Source: Candidatus Latescibacterota bacterium
GTDB lineage: Bacteria; Latescibacterota; UBA2968
Direction: 5' to 3'
Assembly (NCBI GenBank): GCA_965222605.1
Contig: OZ244960.1
Coordinates: forward strand, 480,001-544,000
Length of the DNA stretch: 64,000 nucleotides
Both the position numbers and the translations under genes were made by a program. Below, piece by piece: positions 38,701 through 47,008 of this stretch. Position 1 is the stretch's first letter. Each line of letters starts with the position of its first letter. Below the pieces are notes generated by a model. That model was not told where the DNA came from. It ran no database searches and was given only the letters and a program-made list of their open reading frames with translations.

Positions 38701-39017
38701 TCGATCACATCAACAGATACCGAAAACAGGGGCTTGTTCGCCGCGAGGCCATTATCCGCGGAGGGCAAGACCGATTGCGTCCGATAATGATGACCGCCAC
38801 CACCACCATTATTGGCCTGATGCCACTGGTGGTGCCCATGCTCTTTGGCAATGCCGAAGGCACCTCAAGGCGCTGGGGACCAATTGGTCTGGTGGTTATT
38901 TCCGGGCTATCTATCTCAACAATTCTGACCCTTGTGCTCTTGCCTACGGTCTATTCCCTGATGGATGACCTCTCGCAATTTACCAAACGGGTCACAGCCG
39001 TAGCCCGCGCGCAATAA
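35766..39017 (+). CDS. RND efflux transporter permease (AcrB/AcrD/AcrF family)
   Basis: SSPEEIERFITRPIEE, GMLVD, GIVVNNGIVLVD, RLRPIMMT; RBS aggagg. Confidence 0.92.
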   Translation: MKLSEFAIYKPISTIMVTISIMVMGFISLFRLPLEYLPSLTFPRIYVSVNYPSSSPEEIERFITRPIEEILGTLSGVESISSSSSGSSARIGMEFAMDADMDLVGVHIRDRLNQVRADLPADVDRIDIRSFDTEDFPILEYSLTWLGENNQELVNVFNQMILPRVQRLEGVANVALEGLREKDLLVEVDQKALTAYRLDFRTINRALNSNNINVSAGYVTEGSKRLAVRSMGEFETIDQIRDLPIRPNLTLGDIANVTYKYPESRSFERLDGRPSLTLEVQKASTANMVDVCKLVRDELALILSEVGKDKLRMHLVRDRSIDVTNSITSLSQSAILGGLLAVIAIFIFLRNFRSTLIIGSAIPISVLTVFLIMYFMRQSGSNITLNLISMMGLMVAIGMLVDPAVVALENIFRKRFEEGQDARQAALEGSDEIGLPVLAASLTTICVFIPVIFVTDSRTSLFMRDFAITVIISVIASFCIALSLIPLAASRAFNEDGKILDRILKSIIGLVAALGLGTFIYYTDFSKIDYAGLWANFNTTISALPAFAKIGFPGIIALVIFLYFRYRSIGPKAMYARFVASTLRYRWATISAACVLLFVGNYIYGKVEQQPFRYQPNRAVRLSIEMPRSYDVDKAREVFKIAEDILIPLKNELDIEAIGSRYSGRRGTRLTLYLTPADEGKLTTDEVQRKVMALLPTDIPGVRFKSGGGRGGSVGAGVELKGRNQETLAILAEDIETSMQGMPGVHEIQTSLESGTEEIRVTVNRERAQRYGLSPRDIATTIASALGSRGGSNFKTPDGEIDITVLLREEDRATLEQLKTTEFESDNGGMVTFSSLANFNLTTGTNTIRREDRMSTVTVFANTDQQAVFRVGQIMKMRMEGVPLPKGYTYEMDRRFRYMNSEQDQDYETLILALILIYIIMASLFESYVHPLTIMFCIFFAFIGVALGLYTFKIAMDSNAKYGLLVLFGIVVNNGIVLVDHINRYRKQGLVRREAIIRGGQDRLRPIMMTATTTIIGLMPLVVPMLFGNAEGTSRRWGPIGLVVISGLSISTILTLVLLPTVYSLMDDLSQFTKRVTAVARAQ

Positions 39018-39076
39018 AAAAAACCCAAGCAGTCGGCAAACCGTACCGATCACCTGGGGTTTTGCGTCTTTTAAAA

Positions 39077-39106
39077 AAGGCACTACGCTTCCTCGCGCAG
39101 TGCCTT
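39077..39106 (-). terminator. Intrinsic terminator
   Basis: aaggcact..cgc / gcg..agtgcctt stem followed by a T run on the minus strand. Confidence 0.6.
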
Positions 39107-39309
39107 CTATGTTTCATCTGATGATTCTTTCCCAGTCTGATCAACCCCTTCTATCTCACTGCCCGCATCGCAATCGGCCTTAAAAACAGCGCCATCTTCA
39201 ACGATCAAGACACCCGTTTGAATTTTTCCAATTGAAAATGACCTTCAGAAACAGCTCCACGCCCAATAATGGTATTCATGGTTTTGTCAAAATTTGCGTT
39301 GCGATCCAC
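39107..39309 (-). pseudogene. Bactofilin (polymer-forming cytoskeletal protein) gene with internal deletion and frameshift
   Basis: GTG start after aggagg; N-part MNTIIGRGAVSEGHF; C-part in another frame GKIQTGVLIVEDGAVFKADC...ET*; central repeats missing. Confidence 0.7.
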
Positions 39310-39395
39310 GGGGCTCTCCTCCTGAAAATTTTTTAACGAGCACCTAATATAAATCTTATGCATTTTGAGTCAATTTATTTCTCCAAATTTTCCGC

Positions 39396-39424
39396 TTGAC
39401 AAGTATTTTTTACAGGCGTACTTT
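39396..39424 (+). promoter_or_regulatory. Putative sigma70 promoter
   Basis: TTGACA-17 nt-TACTTT upstream of 39460. Confidence 0.55.
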
Positions 39425-39459
39425 GCGAGCCATTTTACACCTAAAACCGAGGAGAAACT

Positions 39460-39834
39460 GTGGCATTCACAATTACCAAGACCGTTCGCCCAAACGCCGT
39501 GTGGCAAGAAATGTACCTCCAGATACAGAAAGATCAGCGCGTAATCATCACCGCAGAGGGCCTCTGGTCTCCCGAGATGCGTCCGCTTACCATTGTCTGG
39601 TGTGGCCCCGATGGCATTGAAGGGCGTCCCGCCAATGATCAATATCTCTTGCCCGGCACAAATGTGGGGGCACTCGTCGGGCGCATTGCCGATAGTCCCA
39701 TTCTTTCGGTGGGCAACTATTTCGATTTTTATTCGCCCTACGAAGGCCCGCTATTTCTCGTCATGAACGAAAATCCCGAATACCACAGCCAGGCCGGTTC
39801 ACTCCACGCACAAATCATCTTGTTTGACCTGTGA
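39460..39834 (+). CDS. Small PA-IL/LecA-like beta-sandwich protein
   Basis: IITAEGLW, GPDG, GALVGRI, GPLFLVMNE pattern; GTG start after gaggag. Confidence 0.55.
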   Translation: MAFTITKTVRPNAVWQEMYLQIQKDQRVIITAEGLWSPEMRPLTIVWCGPDGIEGRPANDQYLLPGTNVGALVGRIADSPILSVGNYFDFYSPYEGPLFLVMNENPEYHSQAGSLHAQIILFDL

Positions 39835-40613
39835 AACTAATCCGCTTTCTTGTCCGGGAATACGCCCTCTCAGGGCTGTTTATCATCTTGCTGCTCGGCT
39901 TGTGGGAAATAGTCGTGCGAAGTCTTGATGTCGCCGCATTTATCCTCCCGCCACCATCTCAAATCCTATCCAAATTTGCCGCATCTCATCGCCTCCTGCT
40001 CTCTCATGGTCTCGTCACACTCACCGAAGCCCTCGGCGGCTTTCTCACAGGCGCGTCATCGGGGCTACTTTGTGCCATAGCAATGGCTCGCTCTCGCCTG
40101 ATCGAACGGATGCTCTACCCACTGGTCATCTCCACGCAGACCTTTCCAAAAGAGGCATTGGCACCCGTTTTTGTCATCTGGTTTGGATTTGGCCTTTTGC
40201 CCAAGGTAATTATCGCGGGCCTCATTTCCTTTTTTCCCGTTGTGATCAACACCACGCGCGGTCTCTTATCGGTTGACAAATCCATCCTCGACTTGATGCG
40301 GTCGCTCTCGGCCCGTCAGCGACAGATCTTTTTTAAAGTGCGCCTGCCCAATGCCATTCCCTATCTTTTTGCTGCACTCAAAATGTGCATCACACTCAGT
40401 GTGATTGGTGCTGTGGTCGGCGAATTTGTCGGCTCCAGTGCAGGTCTGGGCCACCTCATTCGCCTGGCCAATTCAGAACTCGCAACCGATTTGATGTTTG
40501 CCGCCCTGCTCGCACTCGGCTGCATGGGCACGGGCCTGTTTCTACTCGTTGACGGCCTCGAAAAAACAGCCCTGCGCCGTTGGGGCGGTACCGTTGAAAC
40601 CATAGGACGCTAA
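39831..40613 (+). CDS. ABC transporter permease, NitT/TauT (SsuC/ThiX-like)
   Basis: ILPPPS, ALAPVFVIWFGFG, FFPVVINT, GAVVGEF. Confidence 0.9.
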   Translation: MKLIRFLVREYALSGLFIILLLGLWEIVVRSLDVAAFILPPPSQILSKFAASHRLLLSHGLVTLTEALGGFLTGASSGLLCAIAMARSRLIERMLYPLVISTQTFPKEALAPVFVIWFGFGLLPKVIIAGLISFFPVVINTTRGLLSVDKSILDLMRSLSARQRQIFFKVRLPNAIPYLFAALKMCITLSVIGAVVGEFVGSSAGLGHLIRLANSELATDLMFAALLALGCMGTGLFLLVDGLEKTALRRWGGTVETIGR

Positions 40614-40626
40614 AAGGGAGATTCCC

Positions 40627-41592
40627 ATGCCCAAAATATTCATCGCTCTTGCCCTCGCACTCATCGCCCTGTCTTGTGCGAGTACAGACAAAACACAGGT
40701 GCAATTCATACTCGACTGGAAAGCGCAGATGGAACACGCGGGCTTTTTTGTCGCCAAACAAAAGGGCTTTTATGAACAAGAAGGGCTTGAGGTCGAAATC
40801 CTCGAAGGCAGTGGCGCCCCCACTGCGGCCCGCGTCGTGGGCAACGGCACCTACAAACTCGGCGTGGCCAGCGGATCGGCAAATGTTATGGCAAGAGCGC
40901 GCAACATTCCCATTGTATCGCTCGCCGTTATCAATCAGCAAACTCCCGTTGTCGTTTATTCACTCGTAGAAAAAAATATCACAACACCGCAAGACCTGAT
41001 CGGCAAACGCATCGGCGTCAATATCGGCGGCACAAAACACCGCGAATTTCAAGCCTTCTTGCGCCACCAGAATATCCCGGAAGAAGACATACAACTCATG
41101 GGCATGAGCGAAGCCAGCCCGGCACCGCTCTTAGCAGGTCAAGTCGATGCCATGCTCGGATATACCGAAGACCAACCCGTCATAGTAGAACTCCGGGGCC
41201 ATGTGGTCAATCGCCTTGCCCTGTCGGATTACGGCATCGATGTCTATAGCACCAACATCATTGCCAACGAGTCTTTTCTCAAAGAAAATCCCGACCTGGT
41301 CAAACGCTTTTTGCGGGCGAGCCTGCGCGGATGGCAACACGCCGTCGATCATCCCGAAGATGCGGTAGCAGCCTACATGGCCGCGCGTCCCGAAAGCGAT
41401 GAAGCCTTCAATCGCGCCAATTTCAAATATCTGATTCCCCTATTGCAGAGCGCCGACACTCAACAACAGGGCCTGGGTGCCCAAACAGAAGCAAAGTGGC
41501 AACAAACACAGGATATCCTCCACAGCCTGGGCATGATCGACCAAAAAGTCGATCTCAACCTGCTATTTACCACGGCATTTATGCCTGAGTAA
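40627..41592 (+). CDS. ABC substrate-binding lipoprotein, NMT1/THI5-like
   Basis: ALSC lipobox, LDW...HAGFFVAKQKGFY, DLIGKRIG. Confidence 0.88.
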   Translation: MPKIFIALALALIALSCASTDKTQVQFILDWKAQMEHAGFFVAKQKGFYEQEGLEVEILEGSGAPTAARVVGNGTYKLGVASGSANVMARARNIPIVSLAVINQQTPVVVYSLVEKNITTPQDLIGKRIGVNIGGTKHREFQAFLRHQNIPEEDIQLMGMSEASPAPLLAGQVDAMLGYTEDQPVIVELRGHVVNRLALSDYGIDVYSTNIIANESFLKENPDLVKRFLRASLRGWQHAVDHPEDAVAAYMAARPESDEAFNRANFKYLIPLLQSADTQQQGLGAQTEAKWQQTQDILHSLGMIDQKVDLNLLFTTAFMPE

Positions 41593-42976
41593 AGTTGGGA
41601 GCCAACCGCGAGCCAACTGCCTGCTCATAAGCATACGCCAGGCGCAAAATGCGGGCTTCGCCATAGGGCTTGCCAATAATCTGCAAACCGATGGGTAAAT
41701 CCTCCGCAGACCATCCACACGGAACCGATACCGCACATAAACCCAAAAAATTGACCAGCCGCGTTGTCAACCTGACGGGCGCAACATCGACATCTGCGAT
41801 ACGCGGTGCAACCGTCAACATCGTCGGACAAATCACGGCATCCACATCTCGCAGGGTCTCGCAGGCTGAGATTCGCAACTGCTCGCGCCGCTGTAAAACC
41901 CTTGCATAATCTGGCGCAGAAAAAGACGCACCATGTGCAATCCGCGCTCGAATGCGCGGATCCATCATCTCGCCCTGTCTGGCAATCAAATCCCCCTGGC
42001 ACGCATACCCCTCCACGCACATAATCATCGAACTGCCGCGCCCATCAAGCTCTTCGTCTAACTCTTCCCTCGCTTCGGGAAATTGGAATTCCTCCACATC
42101 GACCCCCAGATCACACAAAACCCCTGCCGCGGCTTCTACCAAAGCGATAACCACAGCATCTGCCCCATCGCAAAACGGATCGCGCACAAACCCGACGCGC
42201 ATCCCCTTCACATCTCGCTTTAACCCGCGAACCACATCCACCAGAGGTTGATTTAACGTCACTGGATCAGCCGCATCAGGCCCGGCAATCGCTTCAAACA
42301 CCAGCGCAGCATCTTCCACAGATCGCGTTAAGGGCCCCATGCTATCAAGCGTCCACGAAAGCGGCATTGCACCCGCGCGACTCACCCGCTCCAACGTGGG
42401 CTTGAGCCCCACAACACCGCAAAACGACGCTGGTATCCGAATAGAACCACCCGTATCTGTACCCATCGCAACAGGCACCAACCCCGCCGCCACAGCCACC
42501 CCCGACCCACTGCTCGACCCACCCGGTACGCGTTCTGATCCCCACGGATTGGGCGGCGTACCGTAATGGGGATTCAAACCATAAGGCCCAAACGCGAGTT
42601 CCACCATATTGGTCTTACCCATCAACACGGCACCAGCCTGCGAAAGACGCTTTGCGACGGTTGCCGAATCCTTTGGCACAAATGTATCCCATACTTTCGC
42701 ACCTGAAGTCGTGCGAATACCCGCCGTGTGAAATAGATCTTTTAGTGCGATTGGAATACCGTGCAAAGGACCCAAATCCGATCCCGACCGCAACATCGCC
42801 TCCGCCGCCTGTGCCTCCGCGCGAGCGCGTTCTGCCGTAACTGTAATAAACGCCTTTGTCTGATCGCCGTAATCTTCAATGCGCTGGAGCAACGCATCCA
42901 CCACCTCAACCGGCGACACATCGCCCGCCCGATAGCACGCGCCTAATTCTGATAGGGTTGCAAAATGTATATCCAC
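41579..42976 (-). CDS. Amidase signature family enzyme
   Basis: GIPIALKD, GKTN, PGGSSSGS, GTDTGGSIRIPA. Confidence 0.92.
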   Translation of the reverse strand: MDIHFATLSELGACYRAGDVSPVEVVDALLQRIEDYGDQTKAFITVTAERARAEAQAAEAMLRSGSDLGPLHGIPIALKDLFHTAGIRTTSGAKVWDTFVPKDSATVAKRLSQAGAVLMGKTNMVELAFGPYGLNPHYGTPPNPWGSERVPGGSSSGSGVAVAAGLVPVAMGTDTGGSIRIPASFCGVVGLKPTLERVSRAGAMPLSWTLDSMGPLTRSVEDAALVFEAIAGPDAADPVTLNQPLVDVVRGLKRDVKGMRVGFVRDPFCDGADAVVIALVEAAAGVLCDLGVDVEEFQFPEAREELDEELDGRGSSMIMCVEGYACQGDLIARQGEMMDPRIRARIAHGASFSAPDYARVLQRREQLRISACETLRDVDAVICPTMLTVAPRIADVDVAPVRLTTRLVNFLGLCAVSVPCGWSAEDLPIGLQIIGKPYGEARILRLAYAYEQAVGSRLAPNFTQA

Positions 42977-42978
42977 GG

Positions 42979-44019
42979 TCAGATATCCTCCCCAGGCGAC
43001 CACATCACCCGCCCGGCAACCATGTCCTCTAACAGCACAAGCTCCCCTCCGCGTTCGGCCGACGCATTGGCCCCCAGTACAGCCGCCAGACTGTTCAGGG
43101 CATCCCCATAAGAACTCCGCATCGCAGTGCGGTCTCCCTTGCGTATCGCATCGACAAATGCCTCTGTCTGTAACGCAAACGCATTGGGACGACTATCCCA
43201 CGCCGCGACTTCTTCACCATTTAACACGACATTTTGCGTCGACCACTCAAAAAGCGCGTCGTCGGCAATCACCGCCACCTCGCGCCGCGAATAATTCACA
43301 TTGGTCAACACCCGCGATGTCGTTGCATTGGCAACCACACCGCTCTTAAATCGATAATTCACATTATATGCATAAGGCATATTGATCGGATCTGGCCCTT
43401 CACCTTCCGCACGATAAAAATAAAACGCCGACACCGCCTCAATATCGCCGAGAAAAAAACGCAACAGATCAATCATGTGAATGGTATTTTCCACATATGA
43501 TCCCCCACACAGGGCCATGCGACTCGTCCAGTATCGGATATGCCGCCCGCTGTAAAACAACTGCACCTGTGCGTGCCGTGGAATCCGCGTTTCGAGCCTG
43601 GCCTTCAAATATTCAGATGAAGGATAATAGCGGCTCATAAACCCAACTTGAGAAATAATACCCGCCCTGTTAATCACCTCGCAAAAAGCCACAGCCTGAG
43701 CCATATCTAAACTTTGCGGTTTCTCCACAAAAAGGGCGATCTCCTTCTCTGCTGCGTTCAACTCCGCATCCGTATGTAAAGTCGGGGGCAAACACACATA
43801 AACCCCGTCCAATCCCTCTTTGTCAAACATCTCTCGGTGATCCGTATAAACGGATTTCGCGCCCCAAATCTTTGCCTGCTCAGACACAATGCCCTGATCC
43901 ACATCGCAAAATGCCTGCAACACCACTTCGCCTTTTTTAACCAATTGAGAAAGGGCTGGCAAATGTGCATTCTGTGGAATATGCCCCAATCCAATCATAC
44001 CCATGCGAACGGGTTTCAT
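42979..44019 (-). CDS. Gfo/Idh/MocA family oxidoreductase
   Basis: GMIGLG, LFVEKP, ENTIHMID. Confidence 0.9.
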   Translation of the reverse strand: MKPVRMGMIGLGHIPQNAHLPALSQLVKKGEVVLQAFCDVDQGIVSEQAKIWGAKSVYTDHREMFDKEGLDGVYVCLPPTLHTDAELNAAEKEIALFVEKPQSLDMAQAVAFCEVINRAGIISQVGFMSRYYPSSEYLKARLETRIPRHAQVQLFYSGRHIRYWTSRMALCGGSYVENTIHMIDLLRFFLGDIEAVSAFYFYRAEGEGPDPINMPYAYNVNYRFKSGVVANATTSRVLTNVNYSRREVAVIADDALFEWSTQNVVLNGEEVAAWDSRPNAFALQTEAFVDAIRKGDRTAMRSSYGDALNSLAAVLGANASAERGGELVLLEDMVAGRVMWSPGEDI

Positions 44020-44918
44020 ATACTACCCCCCTCAATCTCTGCAATCAATTCTCTGGACAATCGCTCGCCATCCGACACAAGCACACAATCCTCCAATTCA
44101 TCAATATCCGATACCCCACACAACAACATTGACACCCGATTGTCCGACAACAAATAGCGCAAAGCCGTGCGCGTCATAGGTTCATCCACACCTTCAACAA
44201 TTTTCTCTACCCGCATTAAATTGTCATATAAATCGACAAATCGCCCCTGCGCCATCCACTGCTCCCGTTTTGAACCCAACAACCCCGCGTGCAATGGCGA
44301 AGCGCAAATCACAGCAATGCCTTCCTCTGCCGCTGTGGGGACCAGCGTCTCTGTCGCTTCTCGCATCAGCAAATCGTACTTGCAAAACGTAATCACTGAA
44401 ACAAATATATCGGTCTCCTTGAGCACCCGAGACATCAAATCCAAATCTGAACCCGTCAGTCCAATATAATCACAGATCCCCTGAGACTGTATCTCCAACA
44501 ACGCCTCTATAGCTCGACCCGCATCAAACAACCCGGGCCACCCGGCTTTTTCGGCCTCATGCACCTGCAAAAGATGAACATGATCGCGCTTTAACCGCTT
44601 CAAACTCGCATCGAGACCTCGCCATACTGCATCGCGTGTATAGTCAAACGGCTCGGGATAATACCCGACTTTTGTCGCCAGATAATACGCCTCCCTCACG
44701 CCCGACAGGGCGACGCCCAGCACCTCTTCGCTGCGCCCACGCCCGTAAAGCGGTGCGGTATCGAAATAATTCACCCCCAATTCCAGCGCTCGCTCCACCA
44801 CCGCCACCCCATGCGACACCGGTTTTAGTCCCATCTCGGGGCGACCGTAGAACCACGACCCACCAAGCCCTATCTCACTGACTTTCCATCCTGTTTTACC
44901 AAATACCCTGTATTCCAT
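44016..44918 (-). CDS. Aldo/keto reductase
   Basis: VSEIGLG, FDTAPLYG, ATKVG, SLKRL, SPLHAG. Confidence 0.9.
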   Translation of the reverse strand: MEYRVFGKTGWKVSEIGLGGSWFYGRPEMGLKPVSHGVAVVERALELGVNYFDTAPLYGRGRSEEVLGVALSGVREAYYLATKVGYYPEPFDYTRDAVWRGLDASLKRLKRDHVHLLQVHEAEKAGWPGLFDAGRAIEALLEIQSQGICDYIGLTGSDLDLMSRVLKETDIFVSVITFCKYDLLMREATETLVPTAAEEGIAVICASPLHAGLLGSKREQWMAQGRFVDLYDNLMRVEKIVEGVDEPMTRTALRYLLSDNRVSMLLCGVSDIDELEDCVLVSDGERLSRELIAEIEGGSI

Positions 44919-44923
44919 TTCAA

Positions 44924-45598
44924 TCACCGATACCATCGACTCAACGTGACATCCGACACAGAACACGAATAGAGAATACGCAACACCCACATCTCTACCA
45001 CTGTGCGTACAAAGCCCCACTTGCGCCACCGCCGCGTGGAACTGCATACCTGTGCATTGAGCATCACAAATTTATCCACACGCGCCACACGCGAGCAAAA
45101 CTCGGAATCTTCAAACAACTGCAAGAGCGGAAATCCCCCCACAGCGAGAAAAGTCTCGCGTCGAACATAAATACCCTGATCGCCATAAGTAATCCCCAAA
45201 TACCGGGAACGCAAGGTGCTCAAAAACGCAACCAATCGAAAACCAATTGTCTTCTCCGAAAAGCCGGGCCGAAATCGCCCGCCCACCACACCGGACACGC
45301 GCAGCGAGTCGCGTATCAACATCAACCCATCAGAAGGCAAAAATGTATCGGCATGCAAAAACAAAAACACATCGCCCGTCGCACATTCTGCACCGGCATT
45401 CATCTGCAACGCCCGCCCTGCTTTCCCTACCTGAACCCATTGCGCCCCACCACGCGCCTCAACCATTTTCTTTGTACCATCCGTACTCCCACCATCTACC
45501 ACAATCAGTTCCACATCCTCAACACCATAAAACTGTGCCAGACACGCGCCGATAACAGTTTCTTCATTTAGAACGGGAATAATCACACTGATCTGCAC
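44924..45598 (-). CDS. GT2 glycosyltransferase (TIGR04283-like)
   Basis: SVIIPVLNE, VDGGSTD, GRALQMNAGA, FLHADT, YGDQG, FED, STRRW. Confidence 0.88.
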   Translation of the reverse strand: MQISVIIPVLNEETVIGACLAQFYGVEDVELIVVDGGSTDGTKKMVEARGGAQWVQVGKAGRALQMNAGAECATGDVFLFLHADTFLPSDGLMLIRDSLRVSGVVGGRFRPGFSEKTIGFRLVAFLSTLRSRYLGITYGDQGIYVRRETFLAVGGFPLLQLFEDSEFCSRVARVDKFVMLNAQVCSSTRRWRKWGFVRTVVEMWVLRILYSCSVSDVTLSRWYR

Positions 45599-45608
45599 AC
45601 CGACTCCG

Positions 45609-46187
45609 CTATTTTTTTATAATATCAAAAAATTGCCGCCCATAACTAACCAGTGAAACAGCGAGCAACGCGGCACTCAGGCCAATCAGCGCGGGCTTGA
45701 GCACATCTGCATCCCACAAATAGGCCAAAAGCAACCAACTCATCACCAGCGTCGTAGCCTTCCCCCAAAAATTGGAAGCCAACAACACATCGTGTTGCTT
45801 GACCAGATACATCCCCGCAAAAAAAATCACCACATCGCGCATCAAAACGCCCGCAACCAGCCATACGGGCAAACCTTTAAACACAACCATGGCAATTGTA
45901 ATCGCCCCAACAGCCACCTTATCCGCCAGAGGATCGAGAATCTTCCCCCACTGTGAAATTTCGCCCCACCTGCGCGCGAGCCACCCATCTATCCAATCGC
46001 TGACAATCATCACCACCACCACGCCGAATGCTTCCCATACATAATCCGGCCCCAATGCTATGAGCCACACAGCGGGCAGCGTCAGCATCGCGCGCAACAA
46101 ACTAACACCATTTGACAGCGTCCAAAAACGGCCGCGTTCAACAGTTCCCATGCAATACCTCACGACAACATCAATTATATCCTTCAC
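45609..46187 (-). CDS. CDP-alcohol phosphatidyltransferase (PgsA-like)
   Basis: DWIDGWLARRWGEISQWGKILDPLADK signature. Confidence 0.9.
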   Translation of the reverse strand: MKDIIDVVVRYCMGTVERGRFWTLSNGVSLLRAMLTLPAVWLIALGPDYVWEAFGVVVVMIVSDWIDGWLARRWGEISQWGKILDPLADKVAVGAITIAMVVFKGLPVWLVAGVLMRDVVIFFAGMYLVKQHDVLLASNFWGKATTLVMSWLLLAYLWDADVLKPALIGLSAALLAVSLVSYGRQFFDIIKK

Positions 46188-46220
46188 ACTTCATCCTTCA
46201 CACTTCATCCTTCACACTTC
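46179..46220. repeat. 14-bp tandem repeat x3 (atccttcacacttc)
   Basis: Exact copies at 46179, 46193 and 46207 spanning a gene junction. Confidence 0.9.
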
Positions 46221-47007
46221 CGCGCCATATCTCAAACGCATTCGCCGCAGGTCCCACGAGAAACAGCGCGTAAAACGGCGCGTAAATCGCTTCATTCAAG
46301 CGCAAAATCATCTCGACAAAAGCCACCAGAAAAGCGACAAAGCACTGCCCCTTTCGCGTCAACACAGTCGTTTTGGGATCTGTGATCATAAAAAAAATAA
46401 ACAACTGATACATCGGTCCTGTAATCGGCGCAATACTCGTCAAATACGCCTGTCCGGTAAACAAGCAACGAATGAGAGCAAAAGCCAAAAACGAAATCAC
46501 ATATACCGCACAGATATGAAACCGCCGCAATCGCCAGAGCGCGGCACTCCCCAGAATCCAGATAATTACCATTACCGACAGGGTATTGCCCCACTGAATG
46601 CTCAACCCAGCCACCACTTCAGGGGCGAGAAATAGCACAATACTCACCCCAAAATTGGACGGATTCCACAAATGCCTGCCGCGCCATCGCAGCACATACT
46701 TAGATGCAATAGACAACACACTGCACAGCACATAAGGCCAAAACAGAGGCGAACGGATCAAAATGCCCACACTGATCCCGGTGATATATGCACTGACCAG
46801 CCCCGGCCACACGCCCCATGTCAATCGTCCCAATGCAAATTCCGCCAGCACGCTACTCAGGATAGCCGTCAGCGTTTGCCCCAGACTCTCCAAAAAGCCA
46901 AAAGTAACCTGCCCCCCAATCAGAATGCACGTAATCAATGCCGGTGACAGATAGCGGCTTTGCAACCCCGTCCAGACCGATTTCCAGAACCCGCTCACTC
47001 GATCCAT
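46198..47007 (-). CDS. UnbU-like / RnfD-NqrB-like polytopic membrane protein
   Basis: SAYITG, SKY, HLWNPSNFG, FFMITDPKT. Confidence 0.75.
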   Translation of the reverse strand: MDRVSGFWKSVWTGLQSRYLSPALITCILIGGQVTFGFLESLGQTLTAILSSVLAEFALGRLTWGVWPGLVSAYITGISVGILIRSPLFWPYVLCSVLSIASKYVLRWRGRHLWNPSNFGVSIVLFLAPEVVAGLSIQWGNTLSVMVIIWILGSAALWRLRRFHICAVYVISFLAFALIRCLFTGQAYLTSIAPITGPMYQLFIFFMITDPKTTVLTRKGQCFVAFLVAFVEMILRLNEAIYAPFYALFLVGPAANAFEIWRGSVKDEV

Positions 47008-47008
47008 T

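Noticed and set aside
39018-39064. Terminator after the RND gene
   Set aside because: The stem is imperfect with a long loop; plausible but too weak to list
44924-45598. Arsenosugar or selenosugar biosynthesis cluster suggested by the TIGR04283-like GT2
   Set aside because: The partner radical SAM, methyltransferase and second glycosyltransferase genes are not in the window
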